A stretch of DNA of 44,582 nucleotides, from sequence record SRR22947725_4464; one strand, given 5' to 3'. A program made the translations under genes and the position numbers. Positions 28,945-41,351 of this stretch are shown piece after piece (the stretch's first letter is position 1; every line of letters begins with the position of its first letter). The notes beneath the pieces were generated by a model. That model searched no databases. It saw only the letters and a list, made by a program, of their open reading frames with translations, and had not been told where the DNA came from.

Positions 28945-30337
28945 ACAAACTACGATCTCAAAGCCAATTTCTCTTGATGGTATTGGTATACATACTGGGA
29001 AAAAAGTAACATTAACCTTTAAGCCTGCTCCAAAAAATCATGGCTATGCATTTTCTCGTGTTGATTTAGAAGGGAATCCAGTAATTGAAGCAGATGCTAG
29101 TCTTGTTGTAAATACGCAGCGAGGGACCAATTTAGAAAAAAAAGGGGTTAGCATTCAAACCTCCGAACACGTTTTGGCCGCTTTAGTAGGGCTAGAAATC
29201 GATAATGTTCTCATAGAACTTAATTCTCCAGAACCTCCAATCATGGACGGTTCTTCAAAGTTCTTTGTAGAAGCACTTTTAAAAGCAGGTATTGAGGAAC
29301 AGGATGCCGATCGATACGAATATGTTGTTCGAGAAAACATCACCTATATTGATGAAGAAACAGGTAGTGAAATCACAGTAATACCTGCGGATGAATATCA
29401 GGTTACAACTATGGTAGATTTTGGCACTAAAATTTTAGGGACTCAAAACGCAACCTTAAAACATATTTCTGAATTTAAAGATGATTTCGCCAACGCTAGG
29501 ACTTTTAGCTTTTTACATGAGCTTGAAGCCTTGTTGGAGCATGGTTTGATTAAAGGGGGTGACTTAAACAATGCAATTGTTTATGTTGATAAGGAACTTT
29601 CAGACGAAACTATGCAAAAGCTTTGCTCCGCGTTTAATAGAGATTCAATTTCGGTAAAACCCAATGGTGTATTAGATAATCTTACCCTGAAATATCCTAA
29701 TGAAGCAGCACGTCATAAACTTCTTGATGTTATTGGAGACTTAGCACTTGTTGGTTGTCGGATTAAAGGAAAAGTGATTGCCAATAAACCGGGCCATAAA
29801 ACGAATACCGCTTTTGCTAAAAAACTTTCAAAAATCATCAAGCAAGAAAAACGAAACCGAGTGCCTTCGTTTGATATAAATGCAGAGCCCCTTATGGATG
29901 TGAACGACATCATGAAGGTGCTTCCACATAGACCTCCATTTTTATTGGTTGATAAAATTTTAGAATTAAGCGACACGCATATTGTAGGCTTAAAAAGCAT
30001 CACGATGAACGAGCCTTATTTCCAAGGCCATTTCCCTGGACAACCCGTTATGCCAGGCGTGTTGCAAATTGAAGCCATGGCACAAGCTGGAGGTGTTCTT
30101 GTATTAAATACTGTTCCTGATCCAGAAAACTATTTAACATTTTTTATGAAAATCGAAAATGCCAAGTTTAAAAATCCTGTTGTTCCAGGAGATACGTTGG
30201 TGTTTAAAATGGAATTATTGTCACCCATAAGACGCGGTATTTGCCATATGCAAGCCGTTGCATACTCAAGAGGTAGAATTACTACTGAGGCTGAAATGAT
30301 GGCGCAAATAGTTCGTAAAGACCAAGTAAAAGTATGA
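28937..30337 (+). CDS. lpxC: Bifunctional LpxC/FabZ
   Basis: GIGIHTG, EHVLAA, HKLLD..GDL (LpxC); LPHR.PFLLVD, GHFP..PVMPGV (FabZ); ATG at 28937. Confidence 0.96.
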   Translation: MSKQTTISKPISLDGIGIHTGKKVTLTFKPAPKNHGYAFSRVDLEGNPVIEADASLVVNTQRGTNLEKKGVSIQTSEHVLAALVGLEIDNVLIELNSPEPPIMDGSSKFFVEALLKAGIEEQDADRYEYVVRENITYIDEETGSEITVIPADEYQVTTMVDFGTKILGTQNATLKHISEFKDDFANARTFSFLHELEALLEHGLIKGGDLNNAIVYVDKELSDETMQKLCSAFNRDSISVKPNGVLDNLTLKYPNEAARHKLLDVIGDLALVGCRIKGKVIANKPGHKTNTAFAKKLSKIIKQEKRNRVPSFDINAEPLMDVNDIMKVLPHRPPFLLVDKILELSDTHIVGLKSITMNEPYFQGHFPGQPVMPGVLQIEAMAQAGGVLVLNTVPDPENYLTFFMKIENAKFKNPVVPGDTLVFKMELLSPIRRGICHMQAVAYSRGRITTEAEMMAQIVRKDQVKV

Positions 30338-31116
30338 ATCAACCCTTAGCATATGTGCATTCCGATGCCAAAATCGCCAAAAATGTGGTTATTGAACCAT
30401 TTACCACAATCGATAAAAACGTCGTAATCGGAGAGGGCACATGGATTGGGCCTAACGTAACGATTATGGAAGGTGCACGAATTGGAAAAAACTGTAATAT
30501 TTTTCCTGGATCCGTTATTAGTGCAGTTCCACAAGATTTGAAATTTAATGGAGAAAACACAACTGCTGAAATTGGTGACAACACCACAATCAGGGAATGT
30601 GTTACCATCAACCGAGGTACAAGTTCACGCAGAAAGACATCCATTGGTTCTAACTGCCTAATTATGGCATATTCTCACATTGCCCATGATTGTATTGTTG
30701 GGGATTATTGTATTTTTTCCAATAACAGTACTCTTGCAGGGCATATCACCGTAGGGAGTCATGTTATTTTAGCAGGGATGACCGCAGTTCATCAATTCTG
30801 TTCCATTGGGAGTCACGCTTTTGTTGCTGGTGGATCGTTAGTTCGAAAAGATATTCCACCTTTTGTTAAAGCTGCTCGAGAGCCGCTGTCTTACGCTGGC
30901 GTTAACTCGGTAGGACTTCGTAGAAGAGGGTATGACTCCAATAAGATTAGAGAAATTCAAAGCATTTACAGAATTCTCTACCAAAAGAATTTTAATAACA
31001 CACAAGCCACACAAATTATAGAAGCTGAAGTTGAAGTGTCGAATGAAAGAGACGATATTTTGCTGTTCATTAGGCAATCGCAACGTGGTATTATGAAAGG
31101 ATATATTCAAAACTAA
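30334..31116 (+). CDS. lpxA: UDP-N-acetylglucosamine O-acyltransferase
   Basis: PQDLKF, IRECVTINRGT, HIAHDC, HQF. Confidence 0.97.
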   Translation: MNQPLAYVHSDAKIAKNVVIEPFTTIDKNVVIGEGTWIGPNVTIMEGARIGKNCNIFPGSVISAVPQDLKFNGENTTAEIGDNTTIRECVTINRGTSSRRKTSIGSNCLIMAYSHIAHDCIVGDYCIFSNNSTLAGHITVGSHVILAGMTAVHQFCSIGSHAFVAGGSLVRKDIPPFVKAAREPLSYAGVNSVGLRRRGYDSNKIREIQSIYRILYQKNFNNTQATQIIEAEVEVSNERDDILLFIRQSQRGIMKGYIQN

Positions 31117-31118
31117 TT

Positions 31119-31685
31119 ATGGCATCAACTTCAGACATACGTAAAGGACTTTGTATCCATTACAACAACGACATCTTTAAGGTTATAGAATTTTTACATG
31201 TTAAGCCAGGTAAAGGCCCTGCATTTGTACGGACAAAACTTAAAAGCGTAAGTTCTGGTAAAGTAATTGACAACACCTTTTCTGCTGGACATAAGATTGA
31301 AGACGTCCGTGTAGAAACAAGAAAATATCAGTTTCTGTATAACGACGGTGACATCTTTCATTTTATGAATACTGAGGATTACAACCAGATTGAACTTCAA
31401 GAAAGCATCCTAGACCAACCCAAACTAATGAAAGAAGGGGAGATTGTTACCGTGATGACAAACACGGAAGATAATAGTCCAATATCCGTAGATATGCCTG
31501 CTAGTGTAATTCTTGAAATCGCACACGCTGAGCCTGGTGTTAAAGGCAATACAGCTACAAATGCCACCAAGCCAGCTACTACAGAAACCGGTGCTAAAAT
31601 AAATGTCCCTTTGTTTATTAATGAAGGAGATAAAATTAAGATAGACACTGAAAAAGGAACTTATATTGAACGCGTAAAAGAATAA
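31119..31685 (+). CDS. efp: Elongation factor P
   Basis: [28 protein letters not shown]. Confidence 0.97.
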   Translation: MASTSDIRKGLCIHYNNDIFKVIEFLHVKPGKGPAFVRTKLKSVSSGKVIDNTFSAGHKIEDVRVETRKYQFLYNDGDIFHFMNTEDYNQIELQESILDQPKLMKEGEIVTVMTNTEDNSPISVDMPASVILEIAHAEPGVKGNTATNATKPATTETGAKINVPLFINEGDKIKIDTEKGTYIERVKE

Positions 31686-31687
31686 AG

Positions 31688-32560
31688 ATGAGTGTATTAG
31701 TAAACAAACAATCGAATATTATTGTACAAGGATTCACTGGAAGTGAAGGAACTTTTCACGCAGGTCAAATGATTGACTATGGGTCAAATGTTGTTGGAGG
31801 CGTAACTCCTGGAAAAGGCGGGCAAACCCATTTAGGAAAACCCGTTTTTAATACCGTTAAAGACGCCGTAGAAAAGGTTCAAGCCGATACAACAATCATT
31901 TTTGTACCACCAGCATTTGCAGCAGATGCCATTATGGAAGCTGCTGATGCAGGGATTAAAGTTATTATCACCATTACAGAAGGTATTCCAGTAAATGATA
32001 TGGCCAAAGTAATGGAATATATCAAACGAAAAGATTGCCGTGTTATTGGACCAAACTGTCCAGGTGTTATATCGCCAGAAGAAGCTAAAGTTGGGATTAT
32101 GCCCGGCTTTGTATTTAAAAAAGGAAACGTTGGGATTGTTTCTAAATCAGGAACACTTACCTACGAAGCTGCTGATCAAGTGGTCAAAGAAGGATTTGGA
32201 ATCACTACTGCAATTGGTATTGGTGGTGATCCAATTATTGGTACTACAACAAGAGACGCCGTTCAGCTTCTGATGGAAGATGACGAAACGGAATGTATTG
32301 TAATGATTGGTGAGATTGGCGGACAGCTAGAAGCTGACGCTGCAAATTGGATTAAAGCTCAAGGGAACCCCAAACCCGTTGTTGGCTTTATTGCTGGTGA
32401 AACAGCCCCTAAAGGAAGAACCATGGGGCATGCTGGTGCTATCGTTGGCGGGACTGAAGACACGGCTGAAGCCAAAAAGGCTATTATGAAAGCCTGTGGC
32501 ATCCACGTTGTGGATTCACCAGCAGCAATAGGAAAAACAGTTGCACTTGCATTAGCTTAA
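31688..32560 (+). CDS. sucD: Succinyl-CoA synthetase alpha subunit
   Basis: VQGFTG, GPNCPG, SGTLTYE, MGHAGA. Confidence 0.97.
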   Translation: MSVLVNKQSNIIVQGFTGSEGTFHAGQMIDYGSNVVGGVTPGKGGQTHLGKPVFNTVKDAVEKVQADTTIIFVPPAFAADAIMEAADAGIKVIITITEGIPVNDMAKVMEYIKRKDCRVIGPNCPGVISPEEAKVGIMPGFVFKKGNVGIVSKSGTLTYEAADQVVKEGFGITTAIGIGGDPIIGTTTRDAVQLLMEDDETECIVMIGEIGGQLEADAANWIKAQGNPKPVVGFIAGETAPKGRTMGHAGAIVGGTEDTAEAKKAIMKACGIHVVDSPAAIGKTVALALA

Positions 32561-32569
32561 TTTAAACGC

Positions 32570-33316
32570 ATGGATTTAGTAAAAGGGAAAAATATTATTA
32601 TTACAGGGGCGAGTAGGGGTATTGGTCGCGGAATTGCCTTGGCTTTTGCAGCACAAGGAGCCAATGTTGCCTTTACATATAGCGCATCAGCAGGTCCTGC
32701 TGAAGCTCTGGAACAAGAACTAATTGCTTTAGGGGTTACAGCAAAGGCATATCAATCCAACGCTGCTGACTACGATGCAGCACAAAAGCTTGTCGATGAT
32801 GTCCTTGAAACCTTTGGCTCAATCGATGTATTGATCAACAATGCGGGTATTACAAAAGACAATTTGCTTATGCGTATGTCTGAAGAAGATTTTGATAAGG
32901 TAATCGAAGTAAACTTAAAATCTGTTTTTAACATGACAAAAGCCGTACAACGCAGCATGTTAAAGCAACGTCACGGAAGTCTGATACATATGAGTTCCGT
33001 AGTAGGAGTGAAGGGAAATGCAGGTCAATCAAATTATGCAGCATCTAAGGCGGGGATTATAGGTTTTTCTAAATCAATTGCACTTGAGTTGGGCTCTAGA
33101 AATATCCGATCTAACGTCATCGCCCCTGGATTTATTGAAACTGAAATGACCGATAAACTCCCGGAAGATGTTGTAGCCCAATGGCGGGCAAACATTCCGC
33201 TAAAACGAGGGGGATCAACCACCGATATTGCAAATGCATGTTTATTTTTATCCTCCGATTTATCTGCGTATATTTCAGGACAAGTCCTCAATGTAGATGG
33301 CGGTATGTTAACCTAA
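32570..33316 (+). CDS. fabG: 3-oxoacyl-ACP reductase
   Basis: TGASRGIG, NNAGIT.D, YAASK, PGFIET.M. Confidence 0.95.
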   Translation: MDLVKGKNIIITGASRGIGRGIALAFAAQGANVAFTYSASAGPAEALEQELIALGVTAKAYQSNAADYDAAQKLVDDVLETFGSIDVLINNAGITKDNLLMRMSEEDFDKVIEVNLKSVFNMTKAVQRSMLKQRHGSLIHMSSVVGVKGNAGQSNYAASKAGIIGFSKSIALELGSRNIRSNVIAPGFIETEMTDKLPEDVVAQWRANIPLKRGGSTTDIANACLFLSSDLSAYISGQVLNVDGGMLT

Positions 33317-33326
33317 TTTTTTAATC

Positions 33327-34145
33327 ATGAATAAACTCCCTAAACTAGGATTACCCCTAGTAGTAATTATACTAGTATGTATCATCTTTATCGCAAAATC
33401 CTCTGTAAATATTGGATACGGAGAAGCTGGTGTATTGTTTAAAACATTTTCAGGAGGTGTAGTTACTGACGAGCCACCATTGGGTGAGGGGTTTCATATT
33501 ATTGCTCCATGGAATCGTGTGTACATTTACAACATCAAACAACAAGAAGAATTTGAGAGCAGCATGCGTGTGCTTTCTTCAAACGGACTTGAAATTTCCC
33601 TAGATGTATCGGTATTATATCAACCAAAACTTGATGAACTTGGAATGTTGCACAAAACTAAAGGAGAAAACTACCTTGGCATCGTTATTGTCCCGGAAAT
33701 TCGTGCAGTTGCCCGATCTGTGATTGGACGTTACACTCCAGAGCAATTGTATTCTTCAAAACGAGACGCCATTCAAAACGAGATTTTTGAAGAAACTAAG
33801 CGTAAGGTAGAATCACAACATGTGCAGTTAAATTCTGTTTTAGTGCGTGATGTGACACTTCCTACGTCAATTAAAGAAGCTATTCAGCGTAAATTGACTC
33901 AAGAACAAGAGTCATTAGAATATGAATTTCGATTAGAAAAAGCTAGAAAAGAGGCTGAAAAAGTGCGAATTGATGCACAAGGAAAAGCTGATGCAAACAG
34001 GATTTTAGCTGCTTCACTGACAACCAATATTCTTAAGGATAAAGGGATTGAAGCAACTATTAAATTATCTGAATCACCCAATACGAAAGTAATTGTTATT
34101 GGTAGCGGTAAAGATGGATTACCACTTATTTTAGGAAATCAGTAA
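33327..34145 (+). CDS. Prohibitin/SPFH domain membrane protein
   Basis: N-terminal TM, GEGFH..APW, coiled-coil EAEK..I.AQG.A. Confidence 0.9.
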   Translation: MNKLPKLGLPLVVIILVCIIFIAKSSVNIGYGEAGVLFKTFSGGVVTDEPPLGEGFHIIAPWNRVYIYNIKQQEEFESSMRVLSSNGLEISLDVSVLYQPKLDELGMLHKTKGENYLGIVIVPEIRAVARSVIGRYTPEQLYSSKRDAIQNEIFEETKRKVESQHVQLNSVLVRDVTLPTSIKEAIQRKLTQEQESLEYEFRLEKARKEAEKVRIDAQGKADANRILAASLTTNILKDKGIEATIKLSESPNTKVIVIGSGKDGLPLILGNQ

Positions 34146-34178
34146 GAATTTCAAAAAAAGTTCGATATTTGCACCGTA

Positions 34179-34235
34179 ATGAAAAACACACCTATACATC
34201 ACCATTTAAATAATTCGTCGTTTCAAGCGAGCTAG
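34179..34235 (+). CDS. his operon leader peptide MKNTPIHHHLNNSSFQAS
   Basis: 18-codon ORF with CAT CAC CAT directly upstream of a terminator and hisG. Confidence 0.8.
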   Translation: MKNTPIHHHLNNSSFQAS

Positions 34236-34258
34236 TTGTGTTGTATATTTAACCGTCT

Positions 34259-34290
34259 AACCCGTTTGATAACCTCAAACGGGTTTTTTT
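34259..34290 (+). terminator. his attenuator terminator
   Basis: AACCCGTTTGA-TAACC-TCAAACGGGTT then T-tract, 9 nt before the hisG ATG. Confidence 0.88.
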
Positions 34291-34299
34291 GTATCAATT

Positions 34300-35163
34300 A
34301 TGAAGAAAGAAAACATACGTATTGCCATTCAAAAGTCTGGAAGACTTAATGAAGAATCTTTAAAATTACTTAAGGATTGTGGCATCTCTATAAATAATGG
34401 CAAAGATCAGCTTAAGACTTCAGCCGCTAATTTCCCTATGGAACTCTATTACCTCCGTAATGGTGATATCCCACAGTACCTTAGAGATGGAGTTGTGGAT
34501 TTAGCTATTGTTGGGGAGAATTTATTGGTTGAAAAGGGAGAAGGTCTTATTACTCAAGAGTCCCTAGGTTTTTCAAAATGTAGGGTTTCGATTGCTGTAC
34601 CCAAAGAAGCTACATACAATGGTATAGCAGATCTTGCTGGTAAAAAAATTGCAACTTCTTACCCGAAAACAGTAGAAAAGTATTTGTCAGAATGGGGAAT
34701 TAAAGCCGATTTACACGTTATTAACGGATCGGTAGAGATTGCTCCGAATATCGGTCTTTCTGAAGCCATTTGTGATATTGTTTCCAGTGGATCAACACTT
34801 TTCAAAAATAACCTTAAAGAGGTTGAAGTGTTGTTTAATTCACAAGCAGTTCTTGTGAGCAGTCAAAACTTTTCTAGCGAAAAACAAGAATTACTGGATA
34901 CGCTATTGTTCCGAATTCGTGCAGTGCTATCAGGTAAAAATTCAAGGTATATCATTATGAATGTTCCAAACGACGCCATTGATACGATTTCTGCATTATT
35001 GCCTGTGCTTAAAAGCCCAACCGTGATGCCGCTAGTTGAAGAAGGATGGAGTTCATTACACTCTGTAGTAGATAAGAATACCTTTTGGGAAATGGTAGAT
35101 GCGCTTAAAGCTGCAGGTGCCCGCGATATCTTGGTTTGTCCAATTGAACGAATTATACAGTAA
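34300..35163 (+). CDS. hisG: ATP phosphoribosyltransferase (long form)
   Basis: IAIQKSGRL, IATSYP, GSVEIAP, DIVSSGSTL. Confidence 0.97.
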   Translation: MKKENIRIAIQKSGRLNEESLKLLKDCGISINNGKDQLKTSAANFPMELYYLRNGDIPQYLRDGVVDLAIVGENLLVEKGEGLITQESLGFSKCRVSIAVPKEATYNGIADLAGKKIATSYPKTVEKYLSEWGIKADLHVINGSVEIAPNIGLSEAICDIVSSGSTLFKNNLKEVEVLFNSQAVLVSSQNFSSEKQELLDTLLFRIRAVLSGKNSRYIIMNVPNDAIDTISALLPVLKSPTVMPLVEEGWSSLHSVVDKNTFWEMVDALKAAGARDILVCPIERIIQ

Positions 35164-36449
35164 TGAAACGTATTATTAATCCAGCCAAAGGGCAATGGTC
35201 GAAACTTACACAACGCCCTACTGCTGATTTTAGCGCGATTGAGCCTGTAGTAGATGAAGTTTTTGCAGCTGTTCAGTCACAAGGAGATGAAGCCGTTGCT
35301 GCATATAGTTTGAAATTTGATAAAATTGCACCAAAAGCGCTTATTGTTAATGAAGAACTTTTGGCAACAGCTAAAGCTGAATTACCTAAAGAATTACTTG
35401 AAGCAATAGATGTAGCATATGCTAATATCTACCGCTTTCACAATGCGCAAAAAACACCTACAGTACGTGTAAGTACGCAAGAAGGTGTTGATTGTTGGCA
35501 AACTAAAAAACCGATCGAAAAAGTAGGGATTTATATTCCTGGGGGTACTGCTCCGTTGTTTTCAACCGTGCTTATGCTAGCAATTCCTGCTCAAATAGCA
35601 GGATGTAAACAAATTGTACTATGCACACCTCCAAGCGGAGATGGCGTCCCTGCTGCCATTCGATATGCTGCTTACAAATGTGGGATTACCCTTGTGGCGC
35701 AAATTGGAGGTATTCAAGCAATTGCCGCGCTTACATTTGGAACGACTACTATTCCTAAGGTGTATAAAATTTTTGGTCCTGGAAATCAATTTGTTACAGT
35801 AGCCAAGCAAAAAGCTACTCAATATCAAACCGCTATTGATATGCCCGCAGGTCCTTCAGAGTTATTGGTAGTTGCAGATAACTCAGCAAACCCTAGCTAT
35901 GTGGCTGCCGATTTACTTTCTCAGGCCGAGCACGGTAAAGACAGTCAGGTTATTTTAGTAACAACATCGAATGATTTTGGGGATCTTGTTGAAGCAGAAA
36001 TTAAACGACAGCTTGTGGAATTGCCAAGAAAAGATATCGCAACGGCTGCATTAGAAAATTCACTTGTTATTTATTTTGACGATGACGCTAATGCGCTTGC
36101 ATTTATTAATGAATACGGCCCCGAGCACTACATTGTTTGTGCAACCAATGAATCGTTATTTGTAGACGGTGTGTCTAACGCTGGATCTGTTTTTATAGGC
36201 AATTATACTCCAGAAAGTGCTGGGGACTATGCTTCTGGGACAAACCACACCCTTCCTACAAATGGCTACACCAAGCAGTACAGCGGCGTGAACCTAGATG
36301 CCTTTTTAAAGGCGATTACCTATCAGCGGATAAGCGCTGAAGGAATTCAACAATTGGGCCCGCATATTGAAGCGATGGCTCAGGCCGAGGGTCTTTATGC
36401 CCACAAAAATGCAGTCACACTTCGATTAAATGATTTGAATAATGGCTAG
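35163..36449 (+). CDS. hisD: Histidinol dehydrogenase
   Basis: YIPGG, GPGN, DMPAGPSE, SQAEH, GDYASGTNHTLPT. Confidence 0.97.
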   Translation: MKRIINPAKGQWSKLTQRPTADFSAIEPVVDEVFAAVQSQGDEAVAAYSLKFDKIAPKALIVNEELLATAKAELPKELLEAIDVAYANIYRFHNAQKTPTVRVSTQEGVDCWQTKKPIEKVGIYIPGGTAPLFSTVLMLAIPAQIAGCKQIVLCTPPSGDGVPAAIRYAAYKCGITLVAQIGGIQAIAALTFGTTTIPKVYKIFGPGNQFVTVAKQKATQYQTAIDMPAGPSELLVVADNSANPSYVAADLLSQAEHGKDSQVILVTTSNDFGDLVEAEIKRQLVELPRKDIATAALENSLVIYFDDDANALAFINEYGPEHYIVCATNESLFVDGVSNAGSVFIGNYTPESAGDYASGTNHTLPTNGYTKQYSGVNLDAFLKAITYQRISAEGIQQLGPHIEAMAQAEGLYAHKNAVTLRLNDLNNG

Positions 36450-37494
36450 AGCGTTTGATATCAAAAAATGGGCTCGAGCTGAAATGCTTGCACTTAAGCC
36501 GTATACTTCGGCTAGGGATACCTTTACTGCAACGGAAGGGGAGTGGACCTTTTTGGATGCCAATGAAAACCCATATCCGTCATCGGTTAACCGATATCCA
36601 GATCCAAACCAAGCAGCACTTAAAGAAGTTATTGCTTCATTGCGTGGTTGTAACACAAATCAACTGTTGATTGGAAATGGAAGTGATGAAATCTTAGATT
36701 TGATTTTTAGGGCATTTTGCACTCCTAATAAAGATGAAGTATTGCTTATGCCGCCAACCTATGGCATGTATGCGGTATTGGCTAATATTAACAGTATAGC
36801 TATATCTGAAGTCCCGCTTGATAAAGATTTTCAACTTGACACAGCAGCGATTCTTAAAGCAGTAAAACCCAACACAAAGGCCTTGTTCTTTTGTAGTCCT
36901 AATAACCCTAGCGGAAATCTGTTCAGAGAAAGTGCTATAAAAGCGCTTTTAGCGGGTTTTGAAGGGGTTGTGGTAATTGATGAGGCCTATATTGATTTCA
37001 CCAGTATAAATAGCTGGAGTACCATTTTAAATGAATATCCACAACTAATTGTTACTCAGACACTATCCAAAGCCTTTGGCTTGGCAGGACTGCGGTTGGG
37101 TATTGCTATTGCACATCCCGAAATCATACAGCTGCTGCACAACATCAAGCCGCCCTATAACATCAATACGTTGAGCCAGCAAAATGCAATCGAAGCACTC
37201 CAAGACACAAAAGGATATGATACGCAAATTCAAACACTAATCGCTGAGCGCAAGCGTCTGGCGGATGCGCTAGGTACTGTGACATGGGTAAAACACATCT
37301 TTCCTTCAGATGCCAATTTTTTACTTATTCGAGTTGATGACGCAAACAAACGCTATGCGAATTTATTAGAACAACACATCGTCGTTCGTAATCGATCGAC
37401 GCAACAAAATTGCGAGAATACCCTTAGAATTAGTGTTGGAACACCTAAAGAGAATGACCTGCTTATTGCTGCATGTAAATCATTACAATTATGA
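36442..37494 (+). CDS. hisC: Histidinol-phosphate aminotransferase
   Basis: [38 protein letters not shown]. Confidence 0.97.
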   Translation: MARAFDIKKWARAEMLALKPYTSARDTFTATEGEWTFLDANENPYPSSVNRYPDPNQAALKEVIASLRGCNTNQLLIGNGSDEILDLIFRAFCTPNKDEVLLMPPTYGMYAVLANINSIAISEVPLDKDFQLDTAAILKAVKPNTKALFFCSPNNPSGNLFRESAIKALLAGFEGVVVIDEAYIDFTSINSWSTILNEYPQLIVTQTLSKAFGLAGLRLGIAIAHPEIIQLLHNIKPPYNINTLSQQNAIEALQDTKGYDTQIQTLIAERKRLADALGTVTWVKHIFPSDANFLLIRVDDANKRYANLLEQHIVVRNRSTQQNCENTLRISVGTPKENDLLIAACKSLQL

Positions 37495-38615
37495 AAAGAG
37501 TATTATTTATTGACCGTGACGGAACCTTGGCACTGGAGCCAGAAGATTATCAATTGGATGCTATTGATAAACTTGAGTTTTATCCTGGTGTCTTTCAATA
37601 TCTAGGACGCATTGCCAAAGAGCTCGACTTTGAGCTAGTGATGGTAACCAATCAAGATGGATTGGGTACTGCTAGTTTTCCTGAAGATACGTTTTGGCCT
37701 ACACATAATTTTATGCTGACGGCATTAAAAAATGAGGGAATTGCTTTTGATCAAGTCTTTATTGACAAAAGCCTCCCGAAAGACAACGCGCCTACACGCA
37801 AACCCAAAACGGGAATGTTAACAGCGTATCTGGATAATCCTGCCTATGATTTAGCCAATTCATTTGTTATTGGAGATAGAATGAGTGATATGCAACTTGC
37901 AAAGAATCTAGGAGCACAAGGTATTTGCCTGCAACACGACACACGATTTTCAGAAGAAATCCCTAAGGAGTTGGAAGAAATCATTGCGTTAAAAGCCAGT
38001 AAATGGGACGCTATTTACACCTTATTAAAGGCGGGGGGAAGGCGTATTGCACACAAACGAACTACTAAAGAAACTGATATTGAGGTTTCCTTAAATCTTG
38101 ATGGAACTGGAGTGAGCACGATTAAAACAGGAATTGCCTTTTTTGACCATATGCTTGATCAATTGGCACGTCACGGAGGCATTGATATTGAGTTATCAAC
38201 GAAAGGTGATCTCGAAGTCGATGAGCACCACACGATTGAAGATACTGCGATTGCATTAGGCGAAGCCTTTGGCTTGGCCTTAGGTGACAAGTTGGGCATA
38301 GAACGTTATGGTTTTTGTTTACCTATGGATGACTGCCTTGCGCAAGTTGCCATTGACTTTGGTGGGCGTGCTTGGTTGATGTGGGACGCTAAATTTAAGC
38401 GTGAAATGATTGGAAAAATGCCAACAGAAATGTTTTTTCACTTCTTTAAATCTTTTGCCGATGGCGCAAAGGCTAACCTGAATATTAAGGCAGAGGGGCA
38501 CAACGAACACCACAAAATAGAAGCAATATTTAAGGCGTTTGCTAAGGCTATTAAGGTTGCCATTAAACGTGATCCAGAGAAACTGGTTTTACCATCTACC
38601 AAAGGACAGTTATGA
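37491..38615 (+). CDS. hisB: Bifunctional histidinol-phosphatase / imidazoleglycerol-phosphate dehydratase
   Basis: FIDRDGT HAD domain; [26 protein letters not shown]. Confidence 0.97.
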   Translation: MKRVLFIDRDGTLALEPEDYQLDAIDKLEFYPGVFQYLGRIAKELDFELVMVTNQDGLGTASFPEDTFWPTHNFMLTALKNEGIAFDQVFIDKSLPKDNAPTRKPKTGMLTAYLDNPAYDLANSFVIGDRMSDMQLAKNLGAQGICLQHDTRFSEEIPKELEEIIALKASKWDAIYTLLKAGGRRIAHKRTTKETDIEVSLNLDGTGVSTIKTGIAFFDHMLDQLARHGGIDIELSTKGDLEVDEHHTIEDTAIALGEAFGLALGDKLGIERYGFCLPMDDCLAQVAIDFGGRAWLMWDAKFKREMIGKMPTEMFFHFFKSFADGAKANLNIKAEGHNEHHKIEAIFKAFAKAIKVAIKRDPEKLVLPSTKGQL

Positions 38616-39190
38616 GTGTAGTCATTATCGATTATGGGGCTGGAAATATCCAAAGCATACGCTTTGCATTGGAGCGTCTGGGAACTTCTGCAGTATTAAC
38701 TAACGATGCAGCTGTAATCCAAGAAGCATCACATGTAATATTTCCTGGAGTAGGAGAGGCGAGTTCTGCTATGGAGAAATTAATTTCTAGTGGACTAGAC
38801 ACCGTTATTCCGTCACTCAAACAACCCGTTTTAGGGATTTGCCTTGGAATGCAATTGATGTGTACCCACACCGAAGAACGCAACACGAAAGGACTCGGGA
38901 TTTTCAATACCCCTGTTGTCCATTTTGACACGACGCTGAACGTCCCTCATATGGGCTGGAATAACGTTGAAGGAACAGGTGTACTGTTTGATAGTATCCC
39001 TCAAAACAGTCATTTTTATATGGTGCATAGTTATTATGCAAAACCAAACGATAACACCATTGGGAGTTGTACGTATGGGATAGCCTTTGCTGCTGCTTTG
39101 GCTAAAAACAATTTTTATGGCACACAGTTTCACCCAGAAAAAAGTGGTGAAATGGGCGCTCAATTATTAAAAAACTTTCTTTCAATATGA
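38612..39190 (+). CDS. hisH: Imidazole glycerol phosphate synthase, glutaminase subunit
   Basis: PGVG, GICLGMQ, PHMGWN, QFHPEKS. Confidence 0.97.
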   Translation: MSVVIIDYGAGNIQSIRFALERLGTSAVLTNDAAVIQEASHVIFPGVGEASSAMEKLISSGLDTVIPSLKQPVLGICLGMQLMCTHTEERNTKGLGIFNTPVVHFDTTLNVPHMGWNNVEGTGVLFDSIPQNSHFYMVHSYYAKPNDNTIGSCTYGIAFAAALAKNNFYGTQFHPEKSGEMGAQLLKNFLSI

Positions 39191-39915
39191 TATTAGTTCC
39201 TGCAATAGACATCATTAACGGCCAGTGTGTACGCCTTACCAAGGGGGATTATGACACCAAAAAGGTCTATAATGAATCCCCTGTAGAAGTTGCCAAAGCT
39301 TTTGAAGGCGCTGGTCTTACGCATGTTCATTTGGTCGATCTTGATGGCGCACGCGCCAAGCATATTGTAAATGCTAAAGTTTTAGAGGCTATAGCCACAA
39401 ACACAAGCCTTAATGTAGATTTCGGTGGTGGTATTAAATCTGCTGAAGATTTGAAGACGGCCTTTGACTGTGGTGCTGCTCAGGTTACTCTAGGAAGTAT
39501 TGCTGTCAGTAGCCCCGAATTGGTTCTTGAATGGTTGGGCATTTACGGCGCTGAAAAACTTGTTTTGGGAGCCGATGCAAAAAACCGTTGCATTGCTACG
39601 CATGGTTGGGAGCAAGATTCAGGCATTGATGTGCTTGATTTTGTAAAAGGCTATGTTCAAAAAGGCTTTAGCGATGTTTTATGTACCGATGTTGCGAAAG
39701 ATGGCATGCTCGCAGGACCTTCACTCGAGTTGTATTATGAACTATTGGATGAGATTGACGAAATTTCACTTATTGCTTCTGGAGGAGTTACGACGCTTGA
39801 CGATATTTATCAATTAGAAGAATTGGGATGTTCGGCTGCTATTATCGGTAAGGCTATTTATGAGGGAAAAATCTCATTGAAGGAGCTAGAAAACTATCAA
39901 TCTGAACAACAGTGA
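39187..39915 (+). CDS. hisA: ProFAR isomerase
   Basis: [29 protein letters not shown]. Confidence 0.96.
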   Translation: MILVPAIDIINGQCVRLTKGDYDTKKVYNESPVEVAKAFEGAGLTHVHLVDLDGARAKHIVNAKVLEAIATNTSLNVDFGGGIKSAEDLKTAFDCGAAQVTLGSIAVSSPELVLEWLGIYGAEKLVLGADAKNRCIATHGWEQDSGIDVLDFVKGYVQKGFSDVLCTDVAKDGMLAGPSLELYYELLDEIDEISLIASGGVTTLDDIYQLEELGCSAAIIGKAIYEGKISLKELENYQSEQQ

Positions 39916-39916
39916 T

Positions 39917-40669
39917 ATGCTAACAAAACGAATCATTCCGTGTTTAGACATTAAAGACGGTCGTACTGTGAAGGGTGTAAACTTCGTGTCTTTACGTGAT
40001 GCGGGCGACCCTGTAGAGCTGGCTAGTCGTTATGCAGAAGAAGGGGCAGATGAATTGGTGTTTTTAGACATTTCGGCTTCAGAAGAAAAGCGAAAAACGC
40101 TTGCCAAAATGGTACGGGATGTAGCCCGTGCTATTGATATTCCGTTTACGGTTGGTGGTGGGATTAGTTCGGTGAAAGATGTTGGCGTTTTGTTGGAAAA
40201 TGGAGCCGATAAGGTTTCTATTAATTCATCGGCCGTAGACCGTCCAGAATTGATAAGTGAGTTGGCGCAGCGTTTTGGCACGCAGTGTATTGTTGTTGCT
40301 ATAGATGCCAAACAGCTTGATAACGAATGGATTGTTCACTTAGTGGGGGGAAAAATCCCCACAGAACGCCGGCTATTTGAATGGGCAAAAGAAGCGGTAG
40401 ACCGTGGTGCGGGTGAACTCTTGTTTACTTCGATGGATCACGATGGTACCAAACAAGGTTTCGCCAATAACGCATTAAACGAATTGAGTAAATTGGTTCA
40501 AGTTCCCATAATCGCGTCTGGTGGCGCAGGGACGATGAATCATTTTGTTGATACCTTTGCCCTTGGAAATGCCGATGCCGCTTTAGCAGCAAGTGTTTTC
40601 CACTTTAAAGAAATCAGTATTCCTGCCTTAAAAACATATTTGCAGCAACATAAAATACCTGTACGATGA
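39917..40669 (+). CDS. hisF: Imidazole glycerol phosphate synthase, cyclase subunit
   Basis: [30 protein letters not shown]. Confidence 0.97.
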   Translation: MLTKRIIPCLDIKDGRTVKGVNFVSLRDAGDPVELASRYAEEGADELVFLDISASEEKRKTLAKMVRDVARAIDIPFTVGGGISSVKDVGVLLENGADKVSINSSAVDRPELISELAQRFGTQCIVVAIDAKQLDNEWIVHLVGGKIPTERRLFEWAKEAVDRGAGELLFTSMDHDGTKQGFANNALNELSKLVQVPIIASGGAGTMNHFVDTFALGNADAALAASVFHFKEISIPALKTYLQQHKIPVR

Positions 40670-41259
40670 CATTAGATTATACCAAACACCATGACGGACT
40701 TGTTCCTGCTATAGTTCAAGACGCCACTACCAAACAAGTATTGATGCTTGGCTATATGAATGCGGATGCTGTTGCAAAAACACAAGATTCTAAACAAGTG
40801 ACCTTTTTCAGTCGTAGTAAAAACCGCCTTTGGACAAAAGGGGAGGAGAGTGGCAACGTACTCGAATTGGTTTCTATGGCGGTAGATTGTGATAACGACA
40901 CCCTACTGATTCAGGCCAATCCGCATGGCCCTACCTGCCACACCGGTAGTGACACCTGCTGGAATGAGAACAACAAACCCGCTTATGGCTTTTTATCTGC
41001 ATTAGAAGGAATTATTGAAGATCGAAAAAACAACCCCACAGAAAAGAGTTATGTGGCTAGTTTGTTTGCTGAAGGAATTAATAAAATTGCCCAAAAAGTG
41101 GGCGAAGAAGCTGTCGAAACCGTGATTGAAGCCAAAGACAGCAATAAGGATTTGTTTTTAAACGAGAGTGCCGACTTGTTGTTCCACTACCTTATTTTAC
41201 TACAAGCAAAGGGATATAACTTGCATGATGTGGTTCATGTTTTGGAAAACAGGCATTAA
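40666..41259 (+). CDS. hisIE: Bifunctional PR-AMP cyclohydrolase / PR-ATP pyrophosphatase
   Basis: [33 protein letters not shown]. Confidence 0.97.
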   Translation: MTLDYTKHHDGLVPAIVQDATTKQVLMLGYMNADAVAKTQDSKQVTFFSRSKNRLWTKGEESGNVLELVSMAVDCDNDTLLIQANPHGPTCHTGSDTCWNENNKPAYGFLSALEGIIEDRKNNPTEKSYVASLFAEGINKIAQKVGEEAVETVIEAKDSNKDLFLNESADLLFHYLILLQAKGYNLHDVVHVLENRH

Positions 41260-41351
41260 TCTTTTTAATTTTGGATGTAACAAATTGCTACCCCATTCGT
41301 TTTAAAATAAATACAGAATTAAACCCTATATCTTAACTAAAAACATTACTT

